Positions 40,250 through 54,397 of a stretch of DNA of 64,000 bases are shown in pieces. The notes under the pieces were generated by a model. The model had not been told where the DNA came from. It made no database searches and was given only the letters and a program-made list of their open reading frames with translations. Within the stretch, counting starts at the first letter, position 1. Every line of letters begins with the position of its first letter. Source of the DNA: the human T2T-CHM13v2.0 reference genome, Homo sapiens; assembly GCF_009914755.1 (NCBI RefSeq), contig NC_060929.1. One strand, given 5' to 3'. Made by a program: the position numbers and the translations under genes.

Positions 40250-40500
40250 TATAGCATAGTGAATAAGAGCAAGGGCCCTGGAGAAGACTGACTGAGTTCA
40301 AATCCCAACCCCCCATCTCCTTGAGCACACCCCATAACATTTCTGTGCCTCACATTCATCAGTTGAATGTATTAGGTTGGTGCCAAAGTGATTGCAGTTT
40401 TTACCACTGAAAGTGGCAATCACTTTGGCACCAACCTAATAAATCACTTAGAGGAGATGACTGGTGCATAGTAAATGCTTAATAAACATTAGCAATTACT
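40250..40500 (+). mobile_element. MIR interrupted by MADE1
   Basis: TAGCATAGTGAATAAGAGC...GAGTTCAAATCCC; tail CATAGTAAATGCTTAATAAA. Confidence 0.75.
40370..40441. mobile_element. MADE1 mariner MITE
   Basis: TA-flanked TTAGGTTGGTGC...GCACCAACCTAA; 26-bp perfect arms. Confidence 0.92.
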
Positions 40501-40899
40501 GTTAACTAACTGCAACTTGGCTAACTTGGCTACCCTATGTGTGTGAGTGACAAAATGGCCTGCTGATTTTGAGAAAAAAGGACCCTAGAATGGAAATGGA
40601 AATGAAGTTTCCAGTTAGTAAAATGGTATTAGAGTATAGATAATATGGAGCCATCAAAATTATTTCTCCAAGATAATATATAATGTAGATGTGGCATACT
40701 AATGACGACAGGAGAGAGCCTGTGGATCCATAGGTGTCTTTGTCACCAAGTGGAAAATATCTTGAAGTAGAAATCAAAACACCTAAACTGTAGTCTAGTT
40801 CTTTCCTTAACTAGCTATGTGATTTTGGTATAATCGTTTCACCTCTCTGGACTTCTGGACCTCAATGTTTTCATACACAGAGTGAGCAGGTTGATCTAG

Positions 40900-41118
40900 C
40901 AGTGCTATCCAATAGGATTTTCTGTTGTGATGAAAATGTTCTGTCTCTGTACTGTTGGGTGTGGCAGCCACTAGCCACATGGGGATATATTGAGCACTTA
41001 AAGTGTGATGAATACAACTGAGGAACTGCATTTTTAATTTTATTTTTATTTTTAACTAATTTAGAGTAAGATTACATAGGCACATATAACAAGTGGCTAC
41101 TATATTGGGACAGCACAG
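40900..41118 (+). mobile_element. MER3
   Basis: CAGTGCTATCCAATAGGATTTTCTG...GCCACTAGCCACAT...GGACAGCACAG. Confidence 0.88.
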
Positions 41119-41404
41119 ACAGTATTTTCTAAGATCTTTTCTGATTCTAGCATTCTGTGCTTGACAGAACCTCTCTAGGAAAACCAGTATTGTTACAATG
41201 GATCTTAAGACCTTGTCTGATCTTTATGGTCTGTGTACTTTGGAAGAGAACTAAAAGCAAATTTGTAGAGACCCTTAAGAAGAACATGGATCTTGAGAAA
41301 CTAGGAGTGTGTTTCCTGGAGGCTGATGAGTACTCTAATGACCGTCAATGGTATTTTCTAAGTCTTTACATGAATCAGGTTTGAACTATCTCAACTTCTG
41401 AAAA

Positions 41405-41615
41405 ATAATAGCTAATAAAAACTGACATTTTTTGAGTACTTACTCTAGATTAACATACTTCTTTCACAAAAAACAAATAACATAGGCATATTATTATTCT
41501 TGATTTACGGATGAAGAAAGTGAGGAAAGGAAATGTTAAATAACTTGTCTCAGGCCATCCAGCTAGAAAGTGGATAGCCAGGATATGAAACTAGACAATG
41601 AGCTCCAGATCTTAT
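41405..41615 (-). mobile_element. MIR SINE
   Basis: TTTACGGATGAAGAAAGTGAGG...TAAATAACTTGTC. Confidence 0.8.
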
Positions 41616-41629
41616 TTTGTAAAAATCTT

Positions 41630-41830
41630 AATGAATAATAGCACACATATACAGCAGTGTTCAAGTCAAAAATGTGCAGATTAATTACTTTTCATAAAGT
41701 AAACTTGCCCATACCATTTCCAGAATATTACCAGCATCCCAGAAGCCCTCATTAGGACCCTATTCAGTTACCGCTCACCCCATCCCAACTAAGGATAACC
41801 ACTACGCTGATTGCTAACACCATAGGTTAG
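41630..41830 (-). mobile_element. L1ME 3' fragment
   Basis: AGAATATTACCAGCATCCCAGAAGCCC...TAACCACTA...TAACACCATAGGTTAG. Confidence 0.65.
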
Positions 41831-41979
41831 AAGAACTTATACTTTAACCACTATGTTGTAGATCCCTGAAGACAGTATTAGAAGATCACATTCTTATAAT
41901 CAAGAGAAGAAACAAACATGTTTGGTGGTTTCAAATTAATCGGTAGTAAAAACAGGCAATCCGCAGACTAGAGAACTAC

Positions 41980-42090
41980 TCATTGATTTGATACATATTC
42001 ATTGAGCATCTACTATGTAACAAGCATTGTACTAAGCACTAGGTATTCAACATTGATTGAAACAGACAGAGCTCCTCCTCTATAAAGGTT
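41980..42090 (-). mobile_element. L2 3' end
   Basis: ATTGAGCATCTACTATGT...TGTACTAAGCACTAGG. Confidence 0.7.
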
Positions 42091-43897
42091 TTAAGACTTG
42101 GTCCACTTTATCAACTAATAGGTGGCTTAGAGAGTAGAAGAAGACTACTCAGTGATCTTGGTGGTGGCTGACAGCCACAATAGTGGTGGTCAATAGCCTT
42201 AGTGATGGGGCCGACAATAGTGCTGGCACTCCAGAGAAGAGTTGCCCTGGCTCTGGTCTCTAGAATTTTAGCAGAATGTCCTTTGAGTCTCCTGGAATTT
42301 TGGAAAGGTGACAATTAGAGCTAATTGCATGACATTCCACTAAAAACTATTTTATAAACAATTTCTGAATACTCTCTTTATAAGCAATAACTTAGGAAAA
42401 GTCTACAAGCTTAATGTAACCAGAGAGATTACAACATGAGATGGGAGATGTGGGGATATTGCATGAATAGGAAAAAAATTTAAAAGACCACCAGGGAACT
42501 CCACCCCAGCTAATGAGGAATGATTACTCCCTGCTGACAAGCAACTGAGCCACTCTAACTAATATTTTCCAGAGTAATAAAGAGGCTGATGCAAGACAGT
42601 GAAGCATCCAGGGGCTATTTCCAAACAAATTCTGGGAGATACAAAAGCAAATAGACCAATGACAGTTAAAAAAAAAAAAAGGCTTCTATGGGCTACTGCA
42701 AATTGAGCTACTTGCATCACTGTGACCCAGTCGTGCCTTATGCCCAGGGATACTTTAGTAACTGCTCTCTTGTGGTTCAGGGAGAATGTAGATGGAAGGT
42801 GAGTTTTAAATGTACCGACGTCTTGCTTTTTCCAAAGTTGACTTGATCTCTCCCTTGAAATGCATATGCTAATATGACCCCTGGGAATTGTGCAAACCTA
42901 CCAACACACCACAAGGTCAGCTGTTTAGACATTGTTGGGTTTCCGTAATGCTGAGAAAATAGCATGGGAGCCCTGCAGGAACCGTGCCATCACTGTGTTT
43001 CTCTTATCTGAGCTCGGTTCTCACACTAGCTGGAGCTCTTGCATCTACTGTACAATGAAAACATACTGTGGGAACAACTGAAATTTCATCTCAGGGGAGG
43101 AGAAGGGGTGCATTTTCTCCTATTACCCAACTCCATGCTATGCAACCAGTCTCACCCATCCTTGTGTCAAATCCGCATAGCTAATGGAGCATGAGAAGCC
43201 TTAAGTGCCTCAGTCTATTTATTGTAAACAGTGAAAGGGTGTAAGCAGCAAACAGGACTTCTAATCATGGAAAGCTGAGTGGAGCTGTGCAAAGGGCTTG
43301 CAGGGAAACCCAAGTCCAGAGAGCACAGCTAGTGTGTAATGAACTGCAAGGGTGGCCTCAGGTCTTTTCCTATAAATGAGCGACAGGCAGACTCCTAGGA
43401 GCTTTGCAGCACCAATGAGGAGCAGCGAGGCCTGAGCGGGGAATCTGCAAAGCTCAGGAAGTTCTGACTCTATGATGAAAAGACTGAGCAAGAGAAAAGC
43501 CCCATTTCCAAATGGAAAAGGTCTAGACATCTAAATCCTTTCCTCTCATTTTTTTTTCTCACCATGATTTCAGCTTGCATTCAGTGGGAGCTGGCAATCT
43601 TTCCACTCAGGTCTTGTTCCTTGACAAACACAGTGCAAAAACTGATGCTTAGGCTTTAAACTATGTGGAGCACGCCCAAGGCTACTTTGTAGAAAGCGAA
43701 GGTCTGTGCAATGACCTGCTCCCTGGAGCCCTTGTAATAGTTGTTGGGAAGGTCTCAGAGCCAGCAAAATGATCGTTTCTGACTCTGTGGCTGAGGGATG
43801 GTGCTGCAAATGTGTGTTCTCTTGGGTTTCACTTCCTCCTGCCAAGATCACTCTGCCCTGCACCCTCCTCTTTTCTTCAAGGGATTAGGGGCTAGAC

Positions 43898-44420
43898 CAT
43901 TCATTCACTCATTCACTCAGCAAATATTTATTATTTGCTATGTGTCAGGCACTGATTTATGTGCAATGCACAGGACAGACAAAATTGCTCCCTTCATGAA
44001 GCTTACATTCTAACAAGAGAGAAGGACAAAGACAAATAAGGAAATGCATAGTTTAATATTGGGCAGTGATGAGTGGCATGCAGAAAAATAAAGTAAGCTA
44101 AAGGGACAGAGAGTTATTGTTAGATAAGGTGGTCTGAGATAATCCCTCTAAGGAGATGACATTAGAACCCAGACCTAATGATGTGAGCAAGCCATGTAGA
44201 CACCTGGGAGAAGAATGTCTCAGGTAATGGAAATAGCACATGCAAAGGCTAACAGGTGGGAACATGCTTGGCATTCAGGAGGAACAGCAAGACCAGTCCT
44301 CATGAGAAGCCATGGGGAAAATAATAAAAGATGATATCAGAGAAGCAGGCAAGTGCCTGATCATGTGGGACTCTGGTATGGACTTTGCATTTTATTCTAG
44401 GAGGATGGGAAGCCATTTGA
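43898..44420 (-). mobile_element. L2a 3' region
   Basis: CATTCATTCACTCATTCACTCAGCAAATATTTATT...CCCTTCATGAAGCTTACATTCTA...GGAAGCCATT. Confidence 0.88.
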
Positions 44421-44699
44421 GCATGGCCGAGATATCATCTCTATTGCAAAACTTTGTGACTGTCAGTGGCCCTACCCACAGAATAAGACTGAGAGCCAAA
44501 GCTCAAACTGGAGAATAGACAGCCAGAGCAGAGTACGACAAGTCATAATGACCACAGCAATTCCAATGATCAAAGCTCAGGTATGACTGCAAGACCAGGA
44601 GCATTCTGTGATCCAATAGCCTTTTCTCTGTCTCCTCTTTTTAGAAGGGCCCAGTTGCCACTGTTAGGATGTAGAGAGACAACAGAGAGACATCATATC

Positions 44700-44955
44700 T
44701 ATACCTGACAGGCTACAGGTCCCTCCTTGCCATGCACAGCTCTTGTTTGCCTCCCCGCTTTCCTTGCCTGCTCTTCCCAAGAACACCTGAGGCTCCCGTC
44801 ACAGTGAATTATACATCTTCCCCGACCGTGTTATTCCTCCCTTCCTGGAATGTGCTCATTCTTCTGCCTAGAGTGACATTTTCTGCCTTGTATGCCGGAG
44901 GAAAGACCCACTCGTCCTTAAAGAGTCAGCTTAAATAGTATCTCCTCTGTGAAGG
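44700..44955 (+). mobile_element. L2 fragment
   Basis: CCCTTCCTGGAATG...CTCGTCCTTAAAGAGTCAGCTTAAA...CTCCTCTGTGAAG. Confidence 0.55.
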
Positions 44956-45739
44956 ATGTACGGTATTTCTGCTGACATGTGTCACACTGCATTGAAGCAT
45001 AGACAGGTGACACTGGATAAGAATAAATAATGAAGACGAGTTAAAATGTAAAAAAGGTTTTTTGTTAAGGTCAAGGAGATAACACACTCCTGTTGTAGAA
45101 GAGGCAGGCCACTTCGAAGGGAATATATGCTCCTAGTGTCATTCATCAGGCGGTAGGTAACTTCTAGGGGAAGAGGAAGCACACCAGAGTGGGAAAGGAA
45201 CTTTTAGGGGCTGGGAGACATTGGCTAGACACTCAGGCATGTCTGGATCAAGCTGAATTGACTCTGGCCACTGCGATTAGGCAGGAAGCTGGCCCAGGAA
45301 GCAATCATGCATCTGGGTTTGTATGACAGTTCAGTTCCCGCTTAAAGTGAATTGGTAAAAGGAGCACAGTTTCTGCTCTCCTGAGGTGAGCATGGCAGGG
45401 AGGGGTGCTTTAGCAATGAGGAAGACACAGAGAAAGCAGAGGTGAACAGCCACCTGCAGGTGGATAATCACCCACTAAAGGACACGTGCTTCCATTGAAT
45501 TAGATATGTTAAATAAAGGAGCTGCCCTGCATTGCCATCTTTGCTCGGGAAGAAGAAAGCTATTATAGCCTAACAAATGGTAATCGATTGCTTCTTATGA
45601 CCAAATTTAAATTAAAACCGAAGAAGTTCCTTGAGTAAGACCAAACCTGTTGAAATTTCAAAAAGGCAACTAAACTTCGAACTTCCCCCTGACTCCATGC
45701 AGCAGCCGAAAGATCATAATTACTAGTTTGATAACTGAA

Positions 45740-46265
<526 letters not shown>

Positions 46266-46599
46266 AATACATTTCTGTTATTAGAACTACAATGGAATCA
46301 GCAATATGTTTATAACTTATTTACTGTATTGTTGTTACTAAAAAATGTAGTCAAGATCAACGCACTGAACTTTATGCAGGGATGTGCATTCTAATCAACA
46401 TATGTAAAAATTGTTAAAGGGTTTTCTTTAATATCATGCATCAGAGTTAAGGCAAATGCAGAAGTCCCAGGGAGAAACATGTGAGAGTAAATCACATTTT
46501 TTATAATTTATTGTCTTTCACATTTTGCTTTCCAAATGCTGCCTCAAAATGTTGGGTTTTTAAAAATGGCCATCTAGACTTGGTAAAATCATCTAGCCA

Positions 46600-47490
46600 A
46601 AAGAAAAGGCCTTTTTGGGCATAACAAGACCAGAAACTATAAATATAAAGATGGATAGATTTGATGACATAAAAATTCTGAATGTCAACAGAGCAAGAAC
46701 CAAGCAAATATATTAAAGCACAGTTGAAAGACAGGTTACAAACTGGGGTAAAACGTAGCATATGGGAAAGAGAAAGTGTTAAATTCCTTAATTTAAAAAT
46801 TTTTAAATAAAAAATTATGAACAATCCAATGGAAAAAATTACATATAAAGATAATTTATCAGAGAAGAAACACAAATGACCAATAAGAAAGAATGCCTAA
46901 TCTCCCCAGTGATTAAAGGAGAACAAACTAAAATAATAAGATGCTATTTTTCATTTATCAGATGGGCAAAGGTTTAAAAGAATGCTAATACTCATTGTTG
47001 GCGAGGGTGTAGGAAGTGGGCACTCTCATAAAATGTGGTGGGAATTAATTTTGGTACAACCTTTCTGGAGGGCAATTTGGCAAGACCTCTAAAAATCTAA
47101 AATATGCAAACCCTTTGACCCAGCGACTCCAATTTAGAAATTTATTCTAAAGAAATGAGACAAATGTGCAAGATATCTCTACAAAGTTATTTCTCATGAA
47201 GTTGTTTATGACAGGAAATTGCAAACACTTTAAATATCCAGGGGATTAATTGCATAAGTGATAGAATGTACACACAGTGAGACATTAAAAACAATGATGT
47301 AGGCATAGTTACTGACATGAAGAGATATCCTTAATTAGAAAACAAAACAAAAATTACTATACCGTAAAATATCCATCTGGTTATTGCTAGTGGGTGGGAT
47401 TTGGGGTGCTAGTCTCTATAATTGTCTCAATTGGTTTATTAATGCTTTGATTATAGCAAGTATATCATAATAACTACTTTTACATTAAAA
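46600..47490 (+). mobile_element. L1ME-type ORF2-end/3' UTR fragment
   Basis: TGTTGGCGAGGGTGTAGG...GGTACAACCTTTCTGGAGGGCAATTTGGCAA...CCCTTTGACCCAGC. Confidence 0.8.
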
Positions 47491-48019
47491 GAAATGAAAG
47501 GTATTTCTAAAATAGTTTTTTTAAAGCAATATTGCTTCTCACAAAGATTGTCTTACATCACAACATTTTAAGTATGACTTCCTTTTTTCTTAGTAGATTC
47601 CAATTGAGACATATTCGAGACTATTCCAACACAATATTCTCTTGGGGAGAGCTTGATTTGTTTTCATCCTCACAGTCTGATGTGCTGACATAAAAGCTGA
47701 AACAAAAACTTAATGAATCATCCTTCCCCTAATCCTTCCCTAGGAATTTTTGCTTCCTTTTCAAATACTTTTCTGCTGCTAGGACAAATCTCAGCTCTAA
47801 ATCAAATACCCTAACTGCATGGAGCAGGCTTTTTGCACAAGGCTGCTGGTCTTTTCTCTAGCTTTTGCTTGCCTTTCTCTGAAGCAACCAAGGGTCCAGG
47901 CCTGGGGTTACCTTGTTCAATAACTGCAGTGTAATTCCATTTTTAAAAAATCAGTCAATTCAGTGAAAAATCTGTTCAGTCCTACAGAGAGTACTTAATA
48001 TAGCAGAGAAAACAGAGGA

Positions 48020-48265
48020 TACTGCTGAAGCATCTAGGTTCTAGAACAAGACTGCACGGATTTAAATTCCAATTTTACTTACCAGCTAACTTGCAATGTT
48101 AACTTTAGCCAATTACTTTAAGCCTCAGTTTTCCCATCTATAAAATGAGCATATAATGTCTTCTTCATAGGATTATTGTGAAGATCAAAAGAGAAATCAT
48201 ATGTAAAGCACTTAGTGCAGTGCCTGACACTTAGTTGACTTTGAAGAATGCTAGTCATTAATATT
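48020..48265 (+). mobile_element. MIR SINE
   Basis: GCCTCAGTTTTCCCATCTATAAAATG...TGTAAAGCACTTAG. Confidence 0.85.
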
Positions 48266-48284
48266 ATCATTTGTTTTAATTACC

Positions 48285-48753
48285 TGTTGTGTAATTATTC
48301 TAGTTTCTGTAGGTCAGGAATCTGGGGGTGGTTTAGCTGGGTGTTCTGGCTCTGGTTCACTCACAAGGCTGCAATCAAGGTATCAGCTGAGACTAGTCGT
48401 ATCATGGGTAACTTCCAAGCTCAGTCAAGAGGTATTGGCAAGACTCAGTTCCTTTTGGGCTGCTGGACTGAGGGTCTCATTTCCTTGCCTTGTGGGCCTC
48501 TCCACATGGCAGCTCACACCTTGGAAGCCTGCTTCATCAAAGCCAGGAGTTAAGAGCGTGAAAACAAGGTAGAAATTACAGCTTTCATAACCGCATCTTG
48601 GATGTGGCTACACATCACACTTGCTATATCTGACTCCTTAGAAATAAGTCACTGAGCCCAGCCTACAAACAATGGGAAGGGATTACATGAGGGAGTGAAC
48701 CCAAGAGGGTAGGAATCATCAGGAACCATTCTAGAAATGCACTCACTGCCACA
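48285..48753 (-). mobile_element. MLT1 (G/H-like) LTR
   Basis: TTTCTGTAGGTCAGGAATCTGGG...GGCTGCAATCAAGG...GGGCCTCTCCACA...CTGCCACA. Confidence 0.75.
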
Positions 48754-48964
48754 TCATTGTCCAAGTTTTACAGGAAAATACTAAATTTTGAGAACTATGT
48801 TAGGTGATTTTGTAGACTTTTATAAATCCAAACAAATTGCAAAGTGTCCAGTTGGAGCTAATGGGTCATTTTATCTGAATTATTATCTATGTTAATATGG
48901 TGATGAGTATTACTGGGAGTTCACAGAGAAACTCCCAGTAAGCAAAAGAGTGGGTGCTGTAGAA

Positions 48965-49392
48965 TAGGGGTCCCCAAACCCCAGGCCATGGACTGGTACT
49001 GGTCACTCACAAGATGACCACTCACATTACTGCCTGAGCTCCACCTCCTATCAGATCAGCAGTGGCATTGAATTCTCATAAGAGTGTGAACTGTATTGTG
49101 AACTGTGCATGCAAGGGATCTAGGTTGCATGCTCCTTATGAGAAACCAATGCCTGAAGATCTGTCACTGTCTCCCATTGCCCCCGGATGGGATTGTCTAG
49201 TTGCAGGAAAACAAGCTCAGGGCTCCCACTGATTCTCCATTATGGTGAATTGTATAATTATTTCATTATATATTACAGTGTAATAACAATATAACACTTG
49301 AATCATCCTGAAACCATACCCCACCCTAGTCCGTGGAAAAACTGTCATCCATGAAACCCAGTCCCTGGTTGCAAAAAGATTGGGGATTGCTG
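48965..49392 (+). mobile_element. MER1A hAT DNA transposon, internally deleted
   Basis: AGGGGTCCCCAAACCCCAGGCC...TTGGGGATTGCTG; 8-bp TSD CTGTAGAA/CTATAGAA. Confidence 0.9.
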
Positions 49393-50068
49393 CTATAGAA
49401 ATCTTCTCTGGTACTTACATTACAAAAGCAGTAGGGTTTTTCATTTGTTTTCCAAATATAATCCAACTCTGTGCCCTTGAATACATGTCTCAGCCAACTC
49501 TTGAAGGAATTAGATGCCATCAAGCTCTCAGAATCACCTTCCTCTTAGCACAAAGGAATGTAACCCCACATGTAGGGTCCATCCAAGGCATAGTTGGTCT
49601 CTTACTGTCTTCTGGCTCCTAAGCATCCCAGGGCTGTTGTTTTATCTTCACAGTTCACTCCAGGTTTTGAGTACCCCTGTTTTCTTCACTCATCAAAGTA
49701 CCAGAGAGACTTTCTGTTACTTGATTTCAGAAAGCAATTTGATTCTTCCTGAATCTCTCAATTCTCTTTCCAGATCACACCTTATACTACAAAAAAAAAA
49801 AAAAAAAAAAAAAAGAGCAATTGTCTCCCTAAAAGAAATTCTTTTATACTCTGAGAGGGGCAGTCAGCTTTAAAAATTGTATGATGTTGTTTCTAATCAT
49901 ACAAATTCTACTTAATATTAAATATTATTCTTCCTTTACAATGACCTAAATTAAAAGTGTTCATGGAGTGAAAAAAAGTTAATTTCTCTCCTAATTGATT
50001 TATTAGATTCAGTGCAGTGCGAATCAAAATCCCCGCAAGCTTTTTAAAAATACAAGTTGGTAAGATAG

Positions 50069-52502
50069 TGTATTAGGCCATTCTTGCATTGCTATAAAGA
50101 AATACCTGAGTCTGGGTAATTTATTTTAAAAACTTTAATTGGCTCACAGTTCTGCAGGCATAGTAGCATCTGCTTCTGGGGAAGCCGCAGGAAGCTTCCA
50201 ATCATGGCAGAAGGAAAAGGTGGAGTAGGCACATCACATAGCAAAGGCAGGAGCAAGACAGAAAGAGAGGTGTGTGTCAGGGGGTGCCACACACTTTTAA
50301 ATGACCATATCTCACGAGAACTCACTGTCATAAAGACAGTACCCGAGCCATGAGGAATTCACACTCATGATCCAAACACCTCCCACTAGGCCCCAACTCC
50401 AGCACTGGGAATTATATTTCAATGTGAGATTTGGGCAGGGACAAATATCCTAACTATATCATTCCATTCCTGGCCCCAAATCTCATGTCCTTCTCACATT
50501 GCAAAATACAATCAGACCTTCTCAACAGTTCCCCCAAATCTTAACACATTCCAGCATTAACCCAAAAGTCCAAAGTCTCATCTGAGACAAGGGAAATTCC
50601 TTCTACCTATGAGACTTTAAAATCAAAAGCAAGTGACTTACTTCCAAGATACACTGGGATATAGGCATTGGGTAAACATTCTCATTCCAAAAGGGAGAAA
50701 TTGGCCAAAAGAAAGGGGCTACAGGCCCCATGCAAGCTCAAAACCCAGCAGGAGAGTTATTAAATTTTAAAGCTCCAAAATAATCCCCTTTGACTCCATA
50801 TCTCACGTCCAGGGCACACTGGTGCAAGAAGTCAGCTTCCAAGTCCTTGGGAAGCTCCATCCCTGTGGCTTTTCAGGGTTCAGCTCTGGTAGCTGCTCTC
50901 ACAGTTGTTGAGTGTTTGCAGCTTTTCCAGGTACAGGGTGCAAGCTACTGGTGGATTTATCATTCTTGGGTCTAGAGGACAGTGGCCCCTTTCCCACAGC
51001 TCCACTAGGCAGTACCCCAGAGAGGACTCTGTGTGGGGGTTCTAAACCCATATTCCCCCTTGGCATTGCCCTAGTAGAGATTTTCTAGGAGGGCTCTGCC
51101 CCTGCAACAGGCTTCTGATCTGAACACCCAGGTTTTTCCACACATCCTCTGATATCTGGGCTGAAGCTCCCAAGCCTCCTTCACTTTTGCATTCTGTGCA
51201 CCTGCAGGCTTAACACCACATGGGAGCCACCAAAATGTGTGGTTGCACCCTCTGAAGCAGCAGCCTGAGCTGTATCTGGGGCCCTTTGAGCCAAGGCTCA
51301 AGCTGGAGTGGCTAGGATGTAGGGAGCAATATCCCGAGGCTGCACAGGGCAGTGGGGTCCTGGGTCTGGACCACAAAACCATTCTTCCCTCCTACACCTT
51401 CAGAGTTGTGATGGGAAGGGCTGACAACATGGTCTCTGAAATGCTTTCGAGGTATTTTCCACATTGCCTTGGCAAGTAGCACTTGGCTCACTTTTAGTAA
51501 TGCAAATTTCTCTAGCAAGCGGTTGTTCTACAGCCTATTTGAATCCCTCTCCCAAAAAAAGCTTTTTCTTTTTCTGCCACATGGCCAGGCAAATATTCCA
51601 ACTTTGTATACTCTGTTTCCCATTTAAATATAAGTTCCAACTTTAAAGCATTCCTTTACTCCCACATCCGGGAATAGGCTGTAAGAAGCAGCCAGGCCAC
51701 CTATTGAACACCTGCTACTAAGAAATTTATTCTACCTGATACCCTAGGTCATCATCCTCAAGCTCAAACTTCCATAGGCCCCTAGGGCATGAACAGAATG
51801 CAGCCAAACCCTTTACTCAAGCATAACAGGTGTGACCTTTGCTCCAGTTCCCAATAAGTTCCTCATTTGCATCTGAGACCTCCTCACCCTGGACTTCACT
51901 GTCCATATAACTATCAGAAGTTTGGTCACAACCGTTTAACCAGTCTCTAAGAAGTTCCAAACTTTTCCTCATCTTCCTGTCTTCTGCTGAGACCTCCAAA
52001 TTCTTCAACCTCTGCCTGTTACCCAGTTCCAAGGCTGCTTATACATTTTCAGATATCTTTATAGCAATGCCCCACTCCTCAGTACCAATTTTCTGTATTA
52101 GGTCATTCTTGCATTGCTACAAAGAAATACCTGAAATGGGGTAATTTATTTTAAAAAGAGGTTTAATTGGGTGATGGTTCTGCAGGCTGTACAGGAAGCA
52201 TAGCAGCATCTGCCTCTGAGGAGGCCTCAGGAAGCTTCCAATCATGACATAAGGCAAAGGCGGAACAGGCACATCACATGGCAAAAGCAGGAGCGAGAGA
52301 GAGAGAGAGTGAGAGTGAGGGGGAGGTGCCATACACTCTTAAATGACTAGATCTCATGAGAATTCACCATTATGAAGAAAGCATCAAGCCATGAGGAATT
52401 CACCCCCATGATCCAAAAACCTCCCACCAGGCCCCACCTCTAGCATTGGGGATTATGATTCAACATGAGATTCGGGCAGGGACAAATATCCAAACTACAT
52501 CA
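50069..52502 (-). mobile_element. Full-length MST (MSTA/MSTB) MaLR provirus: LTR 50069-50461, internal region, LTR 52094-52502
   Basis: Two homologous LTRs TGTATTAGG...TCA; 5-bp TSD GATAG/GATGG; internal ORF remnant ELGNRQRLKNLEVSAEDRKMRKSLELLRDWLNGCDQ typical of MST/THE1-int. Confidence 0.95.
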
Positions 52503-52718
52503 GATGGTTCTAAATTTATATGGAAATATAGAAACTAGAATGGCCACAGTAATCTTAAAGAAACAAAGTTGGAGAATTTAAACTACCAGATTTCCAAACT
52601 TATTGCAAACTAATCCATAGTAATCAAGGTGCTGCAGTGTTGTCACCAAGATAGACTAAAAGATCTGAGGAAAAGAAGAGAGAGAAATAGAAATAGAAGA
52701 GAAATAGAAACACATATA

Positions 52719-54250
52719 CAGTCATGCACTGCATAAGAACATTTTGGTCAATGACAGACTGGATATATGATAGTGATCCCATAAGTTTATAATGGAGTTG
52801 AAAAATTCCTATTGCCTAGAAACATCATAGTGCAGCATGTTACTCACAGATTTGTGGGGATGCTGGTGTAAACAAACCTACTGCACTGCCGGTCCTATAA
52901 AAGTATAGCACAGGCCAGGCAAGGTGACTCATACCTATAATCCCAGAGCTTTGGGAGGCTCAGACAGGAGGACTGCTTGAGCCCAGGAGTTCAAATCCAA
53001 CTTGGGGAACATAGCAAGAACCTGTCTACAAAAATTTTTTTAAAGTAGCCAGGTGTGCTGACACACACCTGTGGTCTCAGCTATTCAGGAGGCTGAGGTG
53101 GGAGGATCACTTGAGCCCAGGAGATAGAGGCTGCAGTGAATTATGATTGTACCCCTGCACTCCAGCCTGGGCAGTAGAGTGAGATCCTATCTCTAAAAAG
53201 AAAAAAAAATACAGCACATGCAATTATGTACACTTTATAATACTTGATAATGATAATAAATGACTGTGTTACAGGTATATGTGTTTACTATACTAAACTT
53301 TTTAATCTTTAATTCAGAGTGTTCTCCTACTTATTTTAAAAAGTTAACTGTAAAATAGCCTCAGTCAGACCCTTCGGGAGGTATTCCAGAAGACATTGTT
53401 ATCACGGGAGATACAATTCCGTGCATGCTATTGCTCCCAAAGGCCTTCCAGTGGGACAAGATGTGGAGGTGGAAGACAGTGATACTGATGATCCTGACCA
53501 TGTGTAGGCCTAGGCTAATGTGTGTGTTTGGAGCTCAGTTTTTAACAAAAAAGTTTAAAAAGCAAAAAAACAAACAAACAAAAAAAACCCTTTTTTAAAT
53601 AGAAAAAAGCTTATAGAATAAGGATATAAAGAAAGAAAATATTTTTGTTTTCTATAAACAAATACTATACAATGTGTTGTGTTTTAAGCCATACAATGTG
53701 TTGTGTTTTAAGCTAAGTGTTTTCACAAAAGAGTCAAAAAGTTTCTAAAAATTCAAAAGTTTATAAAGTAAAAAGTTACAGTAAGCTAAAGTTAATTTAG
53801 TATTGATGGAAAAATTTTTAAAGAAATTTAGTGTAGCCTAAGTGTACAGTTTTTATAAAGTCTATAATAATGTACAGTAATGAGCTGGGCCTTCACATTC
53901 ACTCACCACTCACTCACTGACTCACTCACAGCAACTTTCAGTTCTGCAAGCTCCATTCCTGTAAGTGCCCTGTACAAGTGTGCCATTTTTTACCTTTATA
54001 CTGTATTTTTATTATACATTTTCTATGTTTAGATACACAAATATTTACTATTGTGTTATAATTGCCTACAGTATTCAGTAGAGTACCATGCTGTACAGGT
54101 TTGTGGCCTAGGAGCAATAGGCTGTTCCATATAGCCTAGGTGTGTGGTAGGCTAGGTTTGTGTAAGTACACTCTATGATGTTCGCACAAGGATGAAATCA
54201 CCTAACAATACATTTCTCAGGACCTATCCCTGTCCAGTGATGCATGACTG
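52719..54250 (+). mobile_element. Tigger3b, near full length
   Basis: TA-flanked TIRs CAGTCATGCA...TGCATGACTG; ~1.22 kb after removing the Alu. Confidence 0.92.
52913..53209 (+). mobile_element. AluJ inside Tigger3b
   Basis: TGCTTGAGCCCAGGAG J-type; TSD approximately AAAAGTATAGCACA/AAAAATACAGCACA. Confidence 0.92.
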
Positions 54251-54313
54251 TATACAGATACTGATTTTCAACAAAGTCACTAATAAAAATCAATGAGGAA
54301 AGGAAGGTCTTTA

Positions 54314-54397
54314 TATTAGGCTGGTGCAAAAGTAATTGTGGTTTTTGTGATTGAAAGTAATGGCAAAAATTGCAATTACTTTTGCACTAACCTAAAT
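54314..54397. mobile_element. MADE1 mariner MITE
   Basis: TATTAGGCTGGTGCAAAAGTAATTG...CAATTACTTTTGCACTAACCTAA. Confidence 0.92.

Noticed and set aside
49791-49813. Isolated long poly(A) as a possible retrocopy tail
   Set aside because: No upstream polyadenylation signal, TSD or recognisable transcript body found
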